Positions 56,201 through 64,000 of a stretch of DNA of 64,000 nt are shown in pieces. Numbering within the stretch: the first letter of the stretch is position 1; the number at the start of each line of letters is the position of its first letter. This DNA is from a virus: IMG/VR virus record IMGVR_UViG_3300020455_000616; one strand, 5' to 3'. The translations under genes and the position numbers were made by a program. The notes beneath the pieces were generated by a model, which searched no databases, was not told the DNA's origin, and saw only the letters and a program-made list of their open reading frames with translations.

Positions 56201-59200
56201 TTCAAATGATGGGTTAGAAGTAATATTTGGATTAGGAATGAAGAATGATCCAAGAACTGTTCCTACATGATCACTGAATAATCTTATATTAGTAATTTCT
56301 GCTTCACCAGTAGCACTTCTAAGTCTCATTCCTGCTCTTATAAAACCACTATAAAGACCCTGTGTTTGGTCTGCTAGTGATACTGTATCTACGTTAACAA
56401 GAACTGAAGAACTTGAATAAGTTGCAGGAACTGTATATGACTCATCATAAGGACTTGTTGTAAACACGTCAGTTGGTGAAGCAATTGGTCCTAACTTATG
56501 GTTAGATGTTGCTACTCTAAATGATACTCTAGGAGTTGCTGCATTAGTTGCTGTAACTGTACCTGCAGCCATTGTTCCGTTAACAAGTTGACCAATAGTA
56601 AATGTACCACTAATCATCTTAACTTCGATTAATTTTGGTACAACAAATGCATTTACATCTTGACCATCAAAGAATCCATAAAGTCTTGTTAATGGTTTGA
56701 ACTTACGTCCTGTAAATTCTATGTTTCTAGACCTCATAAATGCGATGACTGAGGTACTTACTACCTTGTCTCCTTCATTTACAGTATCTGTTTGCTCACT
56801 AATTCTAAGTCTTTCACCTGCTCTGGTTGATGTACCAGTTCTAGTAGTAGTTGTAGTAGTTGTAGTCTGGAATGAGTTTGTAGTTACAATCTGACTTCCA
56901 TTATTTCTAGAATTAGATCCTGTTTGTATTCTATTAGAAGTGTTAGTAGAACTAGATCCAGTCCATGTAGTATTCCATGTACCCCATCTAACAGGTCCTA
57001 AACCAGTTTGTGGATCATATCCATCAAATTCTAACTGTCTACGGGTTTGAGTATAGTTGTCAACTTCAATTCTTTGTGGTTGAAGTCTAACTTGGTCTAT
57101 CCATATATCAGATGATGGGAATAGTACAATGTTACCTGTGTAAGTAGTTACAAGATAAGGAGTAACATTCTCAACTCTAGTAGCAAATCCCTGTACAATT
57201 CTTGGTGCATCTTGGTAATCTAGGGTTAATAATTGACCAGTTCTCTTAATACCATTTCCTATTAAGTCAGTAACAAATCTAGGATCAGCAGTTGCTGAAG
57301 CAGTTGTTCCTATACCAATTAAAGATCTAGAACCAAGCAATAAATCAACTTCAGTTGTATAGTGTGTTGGTCTTAATTCAAGATTTGATGGGTCAACACT
57401 ATTAGTTACCTTACCAAGTTTTAATTGAGTTGCAGTTCCTGAGAAGTTATCAACGTAAATACCAGATTTAAATCGTGTTAAACCAGCATTATCAGGAATA
57501 AACAGACTCTCAGTATTAGACTCTAGAAGAGAGAGTGCAGTATAGTACTCTAAGTTCTGGATTCTATCTTCCAATAATGCAATATCTTGCATCCTATATC
57601 TCTTATGAGACTTAAGTAATACTTCTATGTTCTCAGTATTACAAATATATGGAGGTAATTTACATAAAGCAACTTCCAATGCATCCTCAATGGGAATAGG
57701 TGGAACTGGTGTATCAGCAGGAATACCTTTAATTAGTTGGAATTGACCATTCTTAGTTAAATATATTCTATCAATTCTTGGTTGATAGTATGAATATTGA
57801 ATATTAATTGACTCATCAGATGCTAAAATATTCTTAGCGGAGTTTGTAGCATCAGAAAATACTCTTGCATTAAATTCAAATGGAGATACCGCAGTTGAAT
57901 TTAAATCAAAATTAGTTACTCTTGGTCTAATATCAATAATATCACTTAATCTTGTACCTTCTTTGACATCAGGTAATACACAATAATCAATTTGATCATA
58001 TGATGAAACTGTTGTTATATCACCATCATCAGTAGATGCATATTCTGCAGATTCAAAAATAACTCTTAATTTTTTCCTAGGATCTTTAGAATTAGGTTTT
58101 CTAATAAGACGAGCATAGTCACAAATAGTTTCTCTTTGTCCACTATCTAAACTAAATCTATCCATAATATTATTGTCACCAGGATCAAAATCATTAATAG
58201 TAGCAACTATACCACTCTCAACAAATTCAATTTGCTCATTTAATTCAAATCTTAAATCACTTAAGTATACAAATGCTGCTTTGGCACTGTTAATTCTTTC
58301 AATATAAAGACCTATTGCACCTGTTGTTTTACCAACAAATTCTTCACCAGCAATTAAGTCATCAACACGTCCAGTTGGACCATTCATGTTGAATACAGTA
58401 ACAGATGGAATTAATGGATCTGCAATACCACCAGACTCAAATACACCATAAACTTTAGTTACATCTGGTTCTCCAAGACAAATATCAGTATCCTGAACTC
58501 TTAAACCATAACCATAATTACCATAAGTTAATCCATCATTTAATGAGGTTGTACCAACACCAGAAGTTACTAATTTAGACTTATTAACAATAATTGAGTT
58601 AGTTCTTATTCTATTTTTAACTTTATTCTTAATATTAATTTTATTAAGAGTAGCAACTAATCTTGCAGATCCTGCAGTAGCAGATAATCCAAATATTCTT
58701 AATTCTCTACCACCATTTGTAAAACGTAATTTATCTGGTGTTAATTCTTCAGTAACACCTGCATCATTAGTTAAAACATATCTTTCTTCATCATATGCTA
58801 AGAATGTTTCATTCTGTCCTGCTTGTATAGTATTAGTAGCATTAGCAGTAATAGTTACATCATATTCTTTTCTAATTGTTATATTAGACTCTGTTAAATC
58901 AACATTAGCAATCCATGATTTAGGTAGTGGTGTGTAGAGACTATTATCTGTAGATGATTGGAACTTAGATCCAATTAATTCAAAATCAACTGGTTGAGCT
59001 GCTGCAGCAGGAAGACCACCATCACAAACACCTGCAACTGTAGTTATACCTGCAATAATAATATTATTATCATCAGTATAACTATCAACTACAGCAAATG
59101 TTCTAACTGTTGTTCCACCTAATAAAGGATTAGTAAATGATACTAAATCACCTGCTTTTACTTTATTCCTAAAACCACCATTAGGAACTGTAACTGTTGA

Positions 59201-60952
59201 TATTCCAGGTGCTGTTCCAGACTTAGGAGTAATGTTTACATTACCGTAAGCAATCTTTGTAAATGGTTTAACATCAGCATTAAATGTACCAACACCAACT
59301 GAACTATGAATAGACTCAACTGCACCTATAGAATGTGCTGTTATTGCTGTTGCAATTCTATTATTATCTACACCATTAAAGATTAATTTTTCACCTGGTG
59401 TAAATGTTCCACTTGAGTTATATGCAGTTATAATCCCAGTAGTAGTCCCAAACCTTAAGTGTGCTGTTGAACCACTAGACTTACCTTTAATAAAAGTAGG
59501 TACAGTTAAAGTTACTGCTTGGTTTACTGTTATCTCAGTATATGGTTGAATATCATAAAGTGTTACATCAAACTCATTAGTTGCTGGAAGTGCTGAAGAA
59601 TATGATCCAGACTCTAATGCATAGTCATATACTCTAGCAACACCAATCTCTTTACCTGATGCAACATGATTATCAGCACCAATTCTAGAGTCTCTAAGAC
59701 TAATACTAGAAGTTGTTGTAAATCCTATTCTAGGACAACCATATGCTCTATTAACAGTTAGAGTTGGTCCTGTATAGTAGTTTACTGCTTGATTTTTTAA
59801 TACCTTTTTGACTCTTGTCTTCTCAAAATCTAGATATACAACATTTCTTACAGGAACTTCAAATCCTTTAATAAATGCTTTACCTGGAGATATTTTATAT
59901 GTACCTAAATCTGGACTTGGTGTGCTATTACCATAAGTTAATTGATTTATACCAAATACACCATTATTACCCTTGTTGTCATTTAATGACTCTTTTGCAG
60001 AAATTGTAAATGGTTTTACATAAAAATCACCAGCATGACTATATGTTCTTCTTGCTAATTCATTTCCAAGTTCATTATACTTAATCTTATCATCAATATG
60101 AGATACTGAACCTCCATTGATAACCATCAACTCAACAAAGTTCTCATTCTTGTCAGACTCTAAAGGTCTCTTACCTAATTTTACACTAATCTTTAATCTA
60201 TCTGCACCAGGAGCAGCAAAGTTATTAAATCCTTTAGCATTATCAGTTAAAGACTGATCTTTACTTGAAGTAATTATCTCTTCTGTAATCTCTAAACCAA
60301 CTCTATATGTTGGATTCTCATCATGAGGATCAAGAACCAACATTTCATCTTCGACTCTTACAAACTGTCCTCTTATAAAATATACACCCTCAGATATGAA
60401 TACTGCAGATCCAATTGATGTAGAATTAGTAGGAGCAGTTTTAGCACAACCTTGTCCTGCCTGTAAGGTTATCTGTGCTACTTCAGCTACTACATTTTCT
60501 TTAAGTAGTAAAGTCTCATTATCATCAAAAACATCTTTATCATTAATACCAGACCCAAGATAACTTATGAATAAAGTGACATATCCTCTTGGAGAGAAAA
60601 ATGGCTCCATATAATCTATAATCTTGGCTTTTACACCAGAATTAGATCCACTAACTACCTCATTTATTAAATTACTACAATAGTCTAATACGTTTGTACC
60701 TAAAAAACTCTCTTCAACTTCAACAGCAAACAAGTTGTTGTTATAGTTTATTTGACCTGGAATAACACAAGATCCTTCCTTAAACAGGTGAGTTCCTACT
60801 TGCTCTACCTGATTTTGAAGGATCGACTGTAATGTTGTTAATTCCCTAGCCTGAATTGGCAATCCTGGCTTGAATAATACCTTATGGAAATTCTTCTCTG
60901 CATCAAAATCGTCAAAATAAGGCGATACATTGAGATTAGTTTCTTGTGCCAT
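53258..60952 (-). CDS. giant virion structural protein, VrlC/DUF4815-like
   Basis: NLNVSPYFDDFD, LQARELTTLQSILQNQ, APGADRLKI, RYRMQDI..LE.RI.NLEYYTALSLLE, DPLAQSF, WNPSQYEDLKF. Confidence 0.85.
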   Translation of the reverse strand: MAQETNLNVSPYFDDFDAEKNFHKVLFKPGLPIQARELTTLQSILQNQVEQVGTHLFKEGSCVIPGQINYNNNLFAVEVEESFLGTNVLDYCSNLINEVVSGSNSGVKAKIIDYMEPFFSPRGYVTLFISYLGSGINDKDVFDDNETLLLKENVVAEVAQITLQAGQGCAKTAPTNSTSIGSAVFISEGVYFIRGQFVRVEDEMLVLDPHDENPTYRVGLEITEEIITSSKDQSLTDNAKGFNNFAAPGADRLKISVKLGKRPLESDKNENFVELMVINGGSVSHIDDKIKYNELGNELARRTYSHAGDFYVKPFTISAKESLNDNKGNNGVFGINQLTYGNSTPSPDLGTYKISPGKAFIKGFEVPVRNVVYLDFEKTRVKKVLKNQAVNYYTGPTLTVNRAYGCPRIGFTTTSSISLRDSRIGADNHVASGKEIGVARVYDYALESGSYSSALPATNEFDVTLYDIQPYTEITVNQAVTLTVPTFIKGKSSGSTAHLRFGTTTGIITAYNSSGTFTPGEKLIFNGVDNNRIATAITAHSIGAVESIHSSVGVGTFNADVKPFTKIAYGNVNITPKSGTAPGISTVTVPNGGFRNKVKAGDLVSFTNPLLGGTTVRTFAVVDSYTDDNNIIIAGITTVAGVCDGGLPAAAAQPVDFELIGSKFQSSTDNSLYTPLPKSWIANVDLTESNITIRKEYDVTITANATNTIQAGQNETFLAYDEERYVLTNDAGVTEELTPDKLRFTNGGRELRIFGLSATAGSARLVATLNKINIKNKVKNRIRTNSIIVNKSKLVTSGVGTTSLNDGLTYGNYGYGLRVQDTDICLGEPDVTKVYGVFESGGIADPLIPSVTVFNMNGPTGRVDDLIAGEEFVGKTTGAIGLYIERINSAKAAFVYLSDLRFELNEQIEFVESGIVATINDFDPGDNNIMDRFSLDSGQRETICDYARLIRKPNSKDPRKKLRVIFESAEYASTDDGDITTVSSYDQIDYCVLPDVKEGTRLSDIIDIRPRVTNFDLNSTAVSPFEFNARVFSDATNSAKNILASDESINIQYSYYQPRIDRIYLTKNGQFQLIKGIPADTPVPPIPIEDALEVALCKLPPYICNTENIEVLLKSHKRYRMQDIALLEDRIQNLEYYTALSLLESNTESLFIPDNAGLTRFKSGIYVDNFSGTATQLKLGKVTNSVDPSNLELRPTHYTTEVDLLLGSRSLIGIGTTASATADPRFVTDLIGNGIKRTGQLLTLDYQDAPRIVQGFATRVENVTPYLVTTYTGNIVLFPSSDIWIDQVRLQPQRIEVDNYTQTRRQLEFDGYDPQTGLGPVRWGTWNTTWTGSSSTNTSNRIQTGSNSRNNGSQIVTTNSFQTTTTTTTTRTGTSTRAGERLRISEQTDTVNEGDKVVSTSVIAFMRSRNIEFTGRKFKPLTRLYGFFDGQDVNAFVVPKLIEVKMISGTFTIGQLVNGTMAAGTVTATNAATPRVSFRVATSNHKLGPIASPTDVFTTSPYDESYTVPATYSSSSVLVNVDTVSLADQTQGLYSGFIRAGMRLRSATGEAEITNIRLFSDHVGTVLGSFFIPNPNITSNPSFEVGTKLFRLTSNATNSTIGGMTGTFGEESYFAQGTINNMQETIRSTRRPRFDVQNASETRAATDVTSTQSVSTSNETTRVPLPPPPPPPPPPPTPPPRPPVQPPPRPRPPILIITVPPPRPPRPVPPPPPPPPPPIPTPPPTPPRRPARGGKDPLAQSFSVQNDAGFFVTQVDIFFRTKDPLLPVTVQLRPMVAGVPSEEVYPFGETIVEAKDIFESADAGTPTTVKFPSPVYLEPKTDHCIVLLSQSNEYTVWISRMGEVDITTLLQPESRQVVVSAQPSLGSLFKSQNGSTWNPSQYEDLKFSLYHADFTSNSGTISFYNPELAKGNNQIATLVKDSLEFNSKKLIVTTDDLVNTSGLVLGNTVIQKNANASANYVGAGGSATGDLSIINAGIGYTPTNGSQFTFTGVSLDSFSGNGKNATADITVGTSNGVNGVAIAATINAGGSGYQVGDVLSIPTIGNDQLGRNMQLSLGAVTGINELILDDIQGDFEISSTKPLQYVSPSTGITTMVSVGFGSDVNISDYALSTLEEDGMHIKVNHKNHGMHQDTNKVIIADVQSDTKITTLSAEYSNSSSAAIGIANTSGFESFENVGVAATNPGYIRVNDEIISYTGIAAGQLTGITRSIDQTTPFTYPSKTPVEKYEINGISLRRINKTHDLQDATPARSITLDSYFIKINPSLDGTDRSTGIGFPKLFINESKSAGGEEMHATQNIQFEAIRPVVQTMVLPDTNIKAEMKNTTATSIDGIEQSFVETEATPINIEEDTYLDAPRMIASRVNELERLDSRPGNKSMEVTFTLSSSDSDISPVIDLDRVGMVLISNRVNAPITDYAGDSRASTIVEDPTAFIYANKPITLENSATSIKVLMAAYTNTSSDLRCFYSISNDLESDPIYYPFPGYDNLDVNGAIKDIAKNSGLPDKKIPKTDVLAHGSDDLPFTDYEFSVDDLPEFRYFSIKIVGTGTDQAYPPRIRDLRAIALA
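55765..55963 (-). repeat. polyproline-encoding low-complexity tract
   Basis: G-rich GGTGGA/GGTGGT repeats on plus strand encoding PLPPPPPPPPPPPTPPPRPP...PTPPRRP. Confidence 0.9.
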
Positions 60953-60970
60953 ATCTTTTAAATGATTCCC

Positions 60971-62554
60971 TTAGAATTGCAAAATGACTTTAATGTCTTC
61001 TCGTTGATTAGCAGACCTAGTAATAGAAGGTCTATTGTCAACATAGAGGATAGTACCACTGTACTTTTCAACCTCTGGGTTCGCTACACCTTTAATAAAT
61101 GTTTGACCCAAGTAATATGTTTTATTATTTATGACGGTACTTATACCAGGATTACTGATTGATCCGAATCCGTTGTCTATATATAAGTCTTTCGTACCAC
61201 CTACAATCTTCAAGTTACCACCAGTAGCAGTAGTTCCTGTAAAATCGTTTAGTCCATATCCAAATGTAGGAGATGTTTTTTGCGTACCGTCAGTATTAAA
61301 TCCAACTAAAGATCTATCCTGCCAATATCTAAGAACACCTGTAGTTTTATCATAAGATACAACTCTTCCTACAGCAGTTTGTCCAGTTCCAACTTGCTGA
61401 GTAATATATGAATTTGATTCAAAAGTTGTAGTTTTATAGTCATCATCATTTGGAGATAATCCTTTTAAAATTATTCCGTTAACAGCACTTGCTCTATCAT
61501 CTGTAATTACAGAAGTAGATTCAAATGCTTGTGGATTTTCAACAATTCCAATTCTAGCAACCTTTGTTCCTGTAACAAAGTCTGGGTTTGAATCGTCATT
61601 TTCAATTCTAGAGAAGATTAGTACGTTTGATGCACCCAACTCTCTGTAAACGTCATATCCATGACCTCCTGCTGGAGGAATAATAATATTAAAGATTGGT
61701 GTAGTATTACCAACAGGAACATTACCTGCAACTAAATCAACTGATCCATAAGTATAACCACTACCACCATTTGAGATAGTAATTGATTCTACTTTAGAGT
61801 CATTGTTTATAACAATAGTACATTCAGCACCATATCCATCACCTTTAATTGGAACCCTTGTATATGTCGTGTTAGCAGGACCAACAAGATATCCCCTATT
61901 AGCAATAGTAGCAACCTTTATTTGACCACTTGTTTTAGCGTTATTCCTAATAGGTGTAAAATCACTGTTTGTCTCCCAATCTACAGGAAGAGGAATAAAG
62001 TTAAGAGAGTCAAATTTAATAATATCACTAGGACTAATTGTATAAAGATACTTCCAAATGTATCCATCACCAGAAGTACCAGCAACACGAGGTTCTAAAT
62101 CAGTGAATTTTGGTTCATCTAGAGATGGTTTACCATTTGGGTTTTCTGGATCAATACCATTATGCAAACAAATATAAACTCTAAATTCACTATTTACAAC
62201 ATAAAAGTTAGAAGAATATAAACTAGTCTTATTTGAGGAATCTGATAGATTATTCCTGTTTATGTCATGTCTATACATGTCATAGATTGTTGCAGATGCC
62301 CAACCCAACTTCCGAACAACGGGTCGAATGTCATCAGCAGAGATCTTCTTCATTGCGATCATAGTGTCCCAATAGAAGTTTTCGTCATCAAAACAATCCC
62401 TAGGAGCAGGAGGACTACTATCCCAGTCGGATTTGTTTTCTACAGCATTTGGGAGACCTATGAAGGTATAGTAAGAATCTGTCGAGGAACGAATCTTATC
62501 TATAAACGTTCTCGCATTCTTAATTCTCAACTGATCAGTTATAATCGCAGCCAT
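60971..62554 (-). CDS. gp8: baseplate wedge subunit
   Basis: VYICLHNG, DGYIWKYLYTI, YVDNRPSITRS.NQREDIK. Confidence 0.88.
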   Translation of the reverse strand: MAAIITDQLRIKNARTFIDKIRSSTDSYYTFIGLPNAVENKSDWDSSPPAPRDCFDDENFYWDTMIAMKKISADDIRPVVRKLGWASATIYDMYRHDINRNNLSDSSNKTSLYSSNFYVVNSEFRVYICLHNGIDPENPNGKPSLDEPKFTDLEPRVAGTSGDGYIWKYLYTISPSDIIKFDSLNFIPLPVDWETNSDFTPIRNNAKTSGQIKVATIANRGYLVGPANTTYTRVPIKGDGYGAECTIVINNDSKVESITISNGGSGYTYGSVDLVAGNVPVGNTTPIFNIIIPPAGGHGYDVYRELGASNVLIFSRIENDDSNPDFVTGTKVARIGIVENPQAFESTSVITDDRASAVNGIILKGLSPNDDDYKTTTFESNSYITQQVGTGQTAVGRVVSYDKTTGVLRYWQDRSLVGFNTDGTQKTSPTFGYGLNDFTGTTATGGNLKIVGGTKDLYIDNGFGSISNPGISTVINNKTYYLGQTFIKGVANPEVEKYSGTILYVDNRPSITRSANQREDIKVILQF

Positions 62555-62587
62555 TTTTAGAATTTAAGATTTGCTATGTTTTATTTA

Positions 62588-64000
62588 TTATGAAATAATA
62601 TAACCCTTATAACGAAGTGGATTTTTTCTTCTTATAACTGGGTTAGATCCAATACCAGACTGACTGGTTCCATGAACTGCTTCAAATATTTGTTTTGTTC
62701 CTAATCTGATAGTTAGATTAACTTTACCCCAAGTATAATCACCATAACTTGCAGTTGTACCGTATCCAACTACATTTGTAAAGTTAGCAATCTTAGCAAC
62801 AACAGTTGTAACCGTAGTTGCAATACCAACAGAAGTTCCACTTATTTCGGGTGGAATGAACCTAGTATTATGAGAGTAGTGAGCAACTTCAAAAGTTGCA
62901 TCCATACAAGTAGTGCCAATTCCAAGAACAGAATTATCTGCTCTTAGTGTTGTTAAAGGACCATTGACACCTGTTCCTGTAACATTGAATAGATATCCAG
63001 TTTGAATTCCACTCTGTACTAAAGAGAATCCAGATTTTAATTTAGAATCCTGAGGTATATAGAAATCAAAGGTAATTCCAGTTGATGCAACACCGACAAT
63101 GGTAGTTGTACCAATACCAACAATTATTCCATAATCACCTTCAACAGTTGATTTTGGCACATCTTCAACTTTTCTTGTTGGTGGAGCAATCATAACTTCA
63201 GGTCCACTAATAGCACCAACAGTAAATTTAATTGGAGTTGTAAGTGCCCATCTTCTATTAGTAGTTCCTAATCCAACGTTATCATATACATCAACAGATA
63301 ATGTATCACCTGGTTGATAACCAGTTCCACCTTCAACAATTGATATAGCAGATACTTCATAATTTAAAGTGCTAATATCAATATTAATAGATGCACCTCT
63401 ACCAGATCCAGTTACACTATTTAATTTAGCACCCAACATTACATTGGTTGAAGCATCTAAGAATGGGAATCCAATACCATTCTGAGCAATACTAAGAGAA
63501 GTTAACGGTCCAAATATGTAACCAGTTCCACCCATACCAACAGAAATACCAGTAACAGTTCCACCTGCCCCAATAGTAGCAGTAGCAGTAGCAGCAGTTG
63601 CAACTCCTACAACATCAAATGGTTTTTGAACAGTAACTATTGGAGCAGCAGTGTATCCAAAACCAGGATTGGTAACGGTAATAGCACTAACAGCACCATT
63701 AGAGATGGTAGTTGTTGCAGTTGCATATTCAATATTTTCTTGGGTAATAAGTTCTACCTTCTCTCTATCTGCAGCTAACATCGCTTCTTTAGGATCATCA
63801 AATAGAGATCTCAAAGAATATACAAATACTGAACTAGAATTAACACCAATAGTCTCAAGAATGTTAGTTTGTGGGTTAATTACTGGTTCATAATAAACTC
63901 TATCTTTACCAACTTCATTAGTATCAATAATCTTATCAACATCTTGCTTAGACCAAGAAATTGGTCTTGTTAACAGTTCATTTGGTGTAACACCTTGACC
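62588..64000 (-). CDS. gp7: large baseplate wedge protein, C-terminal part (gp7-like), starts outside window
   Basis: Frame is open from 64000 (GQGVTPNELLTRPISWSKQ...), so the track start at 63814 is internal; GxGY beta repeats; YGDYTWG near the C-terminus; upstream of gp8. Confidence 0.7.
   Translation of the reverse strand, partial: GQGVTPNELLTRPISWSKQDVDKIIDTNEVGKDRVYYEPVINPQTNILETIGVNSSSVFVYSLRSLFDDPKEAMLAADREKVELITQENIEYATATTTISNGAVSAITVTNPGFGYTAAPIVTVQKPFDVVGVATAATATATIGAGGTVTGISVGMGGTGYIFGPLTSLSIAQNGIGFPFLDASTNVMLGAKLNSVTGSGRGASINIDISTLNYEVSAISIVEGGTGYQPGDTLSVDVYDNVGLGTTNRRWALTTPIKFTVGAISGPEVMIAPPTRKVEDVPKSTVEGDYGIIVGIGTTTIVGVASTGITFDFYIPQDSKLKSGFSLVQSGIQTGYLFNVTGTGVNGPLTTLRADNSVLGIGTTCMDATFEVAHYSHNTRFIPPEISGTSVGIATTVTTVVAKIANFTNVVGYGTTASYGDYTWGKVNLTIRLGTKQIFEAVHGTSQSGIGSNPVIRRKNPLRYKGYIIS

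Noticed and set aside
56840-56885. GTA/GTT triplet run
   Set aside because: Short poly-Thr stretch inside the VrlC-like protein; ordinary low complexity
62588-63814. A separate 408-aa gene starting at 63814
   Set aside because: The frame is open to the window edge; this is the tail of a larger gp7-like gene
844-63893. Numerous 60-130 aa ORFs in the track on the opposite strand or in alternative frames of long genes (e.g. 1107..1361, 4494..4826, 24181..24489, 33800..34087, 48211..48606)
   Set aside because: They lie wholly within well-supported genes, lack SD or promoter context and any motif; expected shadow ORFs

Overview
A 64 kb segment of an AT-rich T4-like marine cyanophage (cyanomyovirus, probably infecting Prochlorococcus or Synechococcus; host assignment is inference from AMG content). 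Almost everything is on the minus strand. Read in transcription order (right to left): baseplate/virion genes (gp7 C-terminal part, gp8, 2564-aa VrlC/DUF4815-like protein), neck/tail/packaging (gp13-gp19), head (gp20-gp23), an accessory island (peptide deformylase, nitrilase-family amidase, pcyA, two SGNH-like paralogues), then gp3, uvsY, uvsW, gp55, gp47/46, an NDP-sugar epimerase, a vWA + MoxR/CobS-like AAA pair, gp45, two DNA methyltransferases, gp44/62, regA, hsp20, gp43, a PsbN-like gene, uvsX and gp41. The only convincing plus-strand genes form a translationally coupled three-gene unit inserted between gp20 and gp21: an unannotated 51-aa peptide ORF followed by two paralogous B12-binding radical SAM enzymes, driven from a palindromic back-to-back late-promoter-like site and met head-on by a 2OG-Fe(II)/cupin-like oxygenase. 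This RiPP-like or virion-modifying cassette is the top candidate for an undescribed system. Other leads: candidate small or leader RNAs, an antisense sigma70 promoter at gp55, a nuclease-like ORF coupled to Dam, an active/dead SGNH pair, a putative gp21-processed polyprotein, a sheath insertion and a polyproline tract. No tRNA, rRNA, CRISPR array, intron or intein was recognised. All family assignments come from motif recognition by eye; no database search was run.
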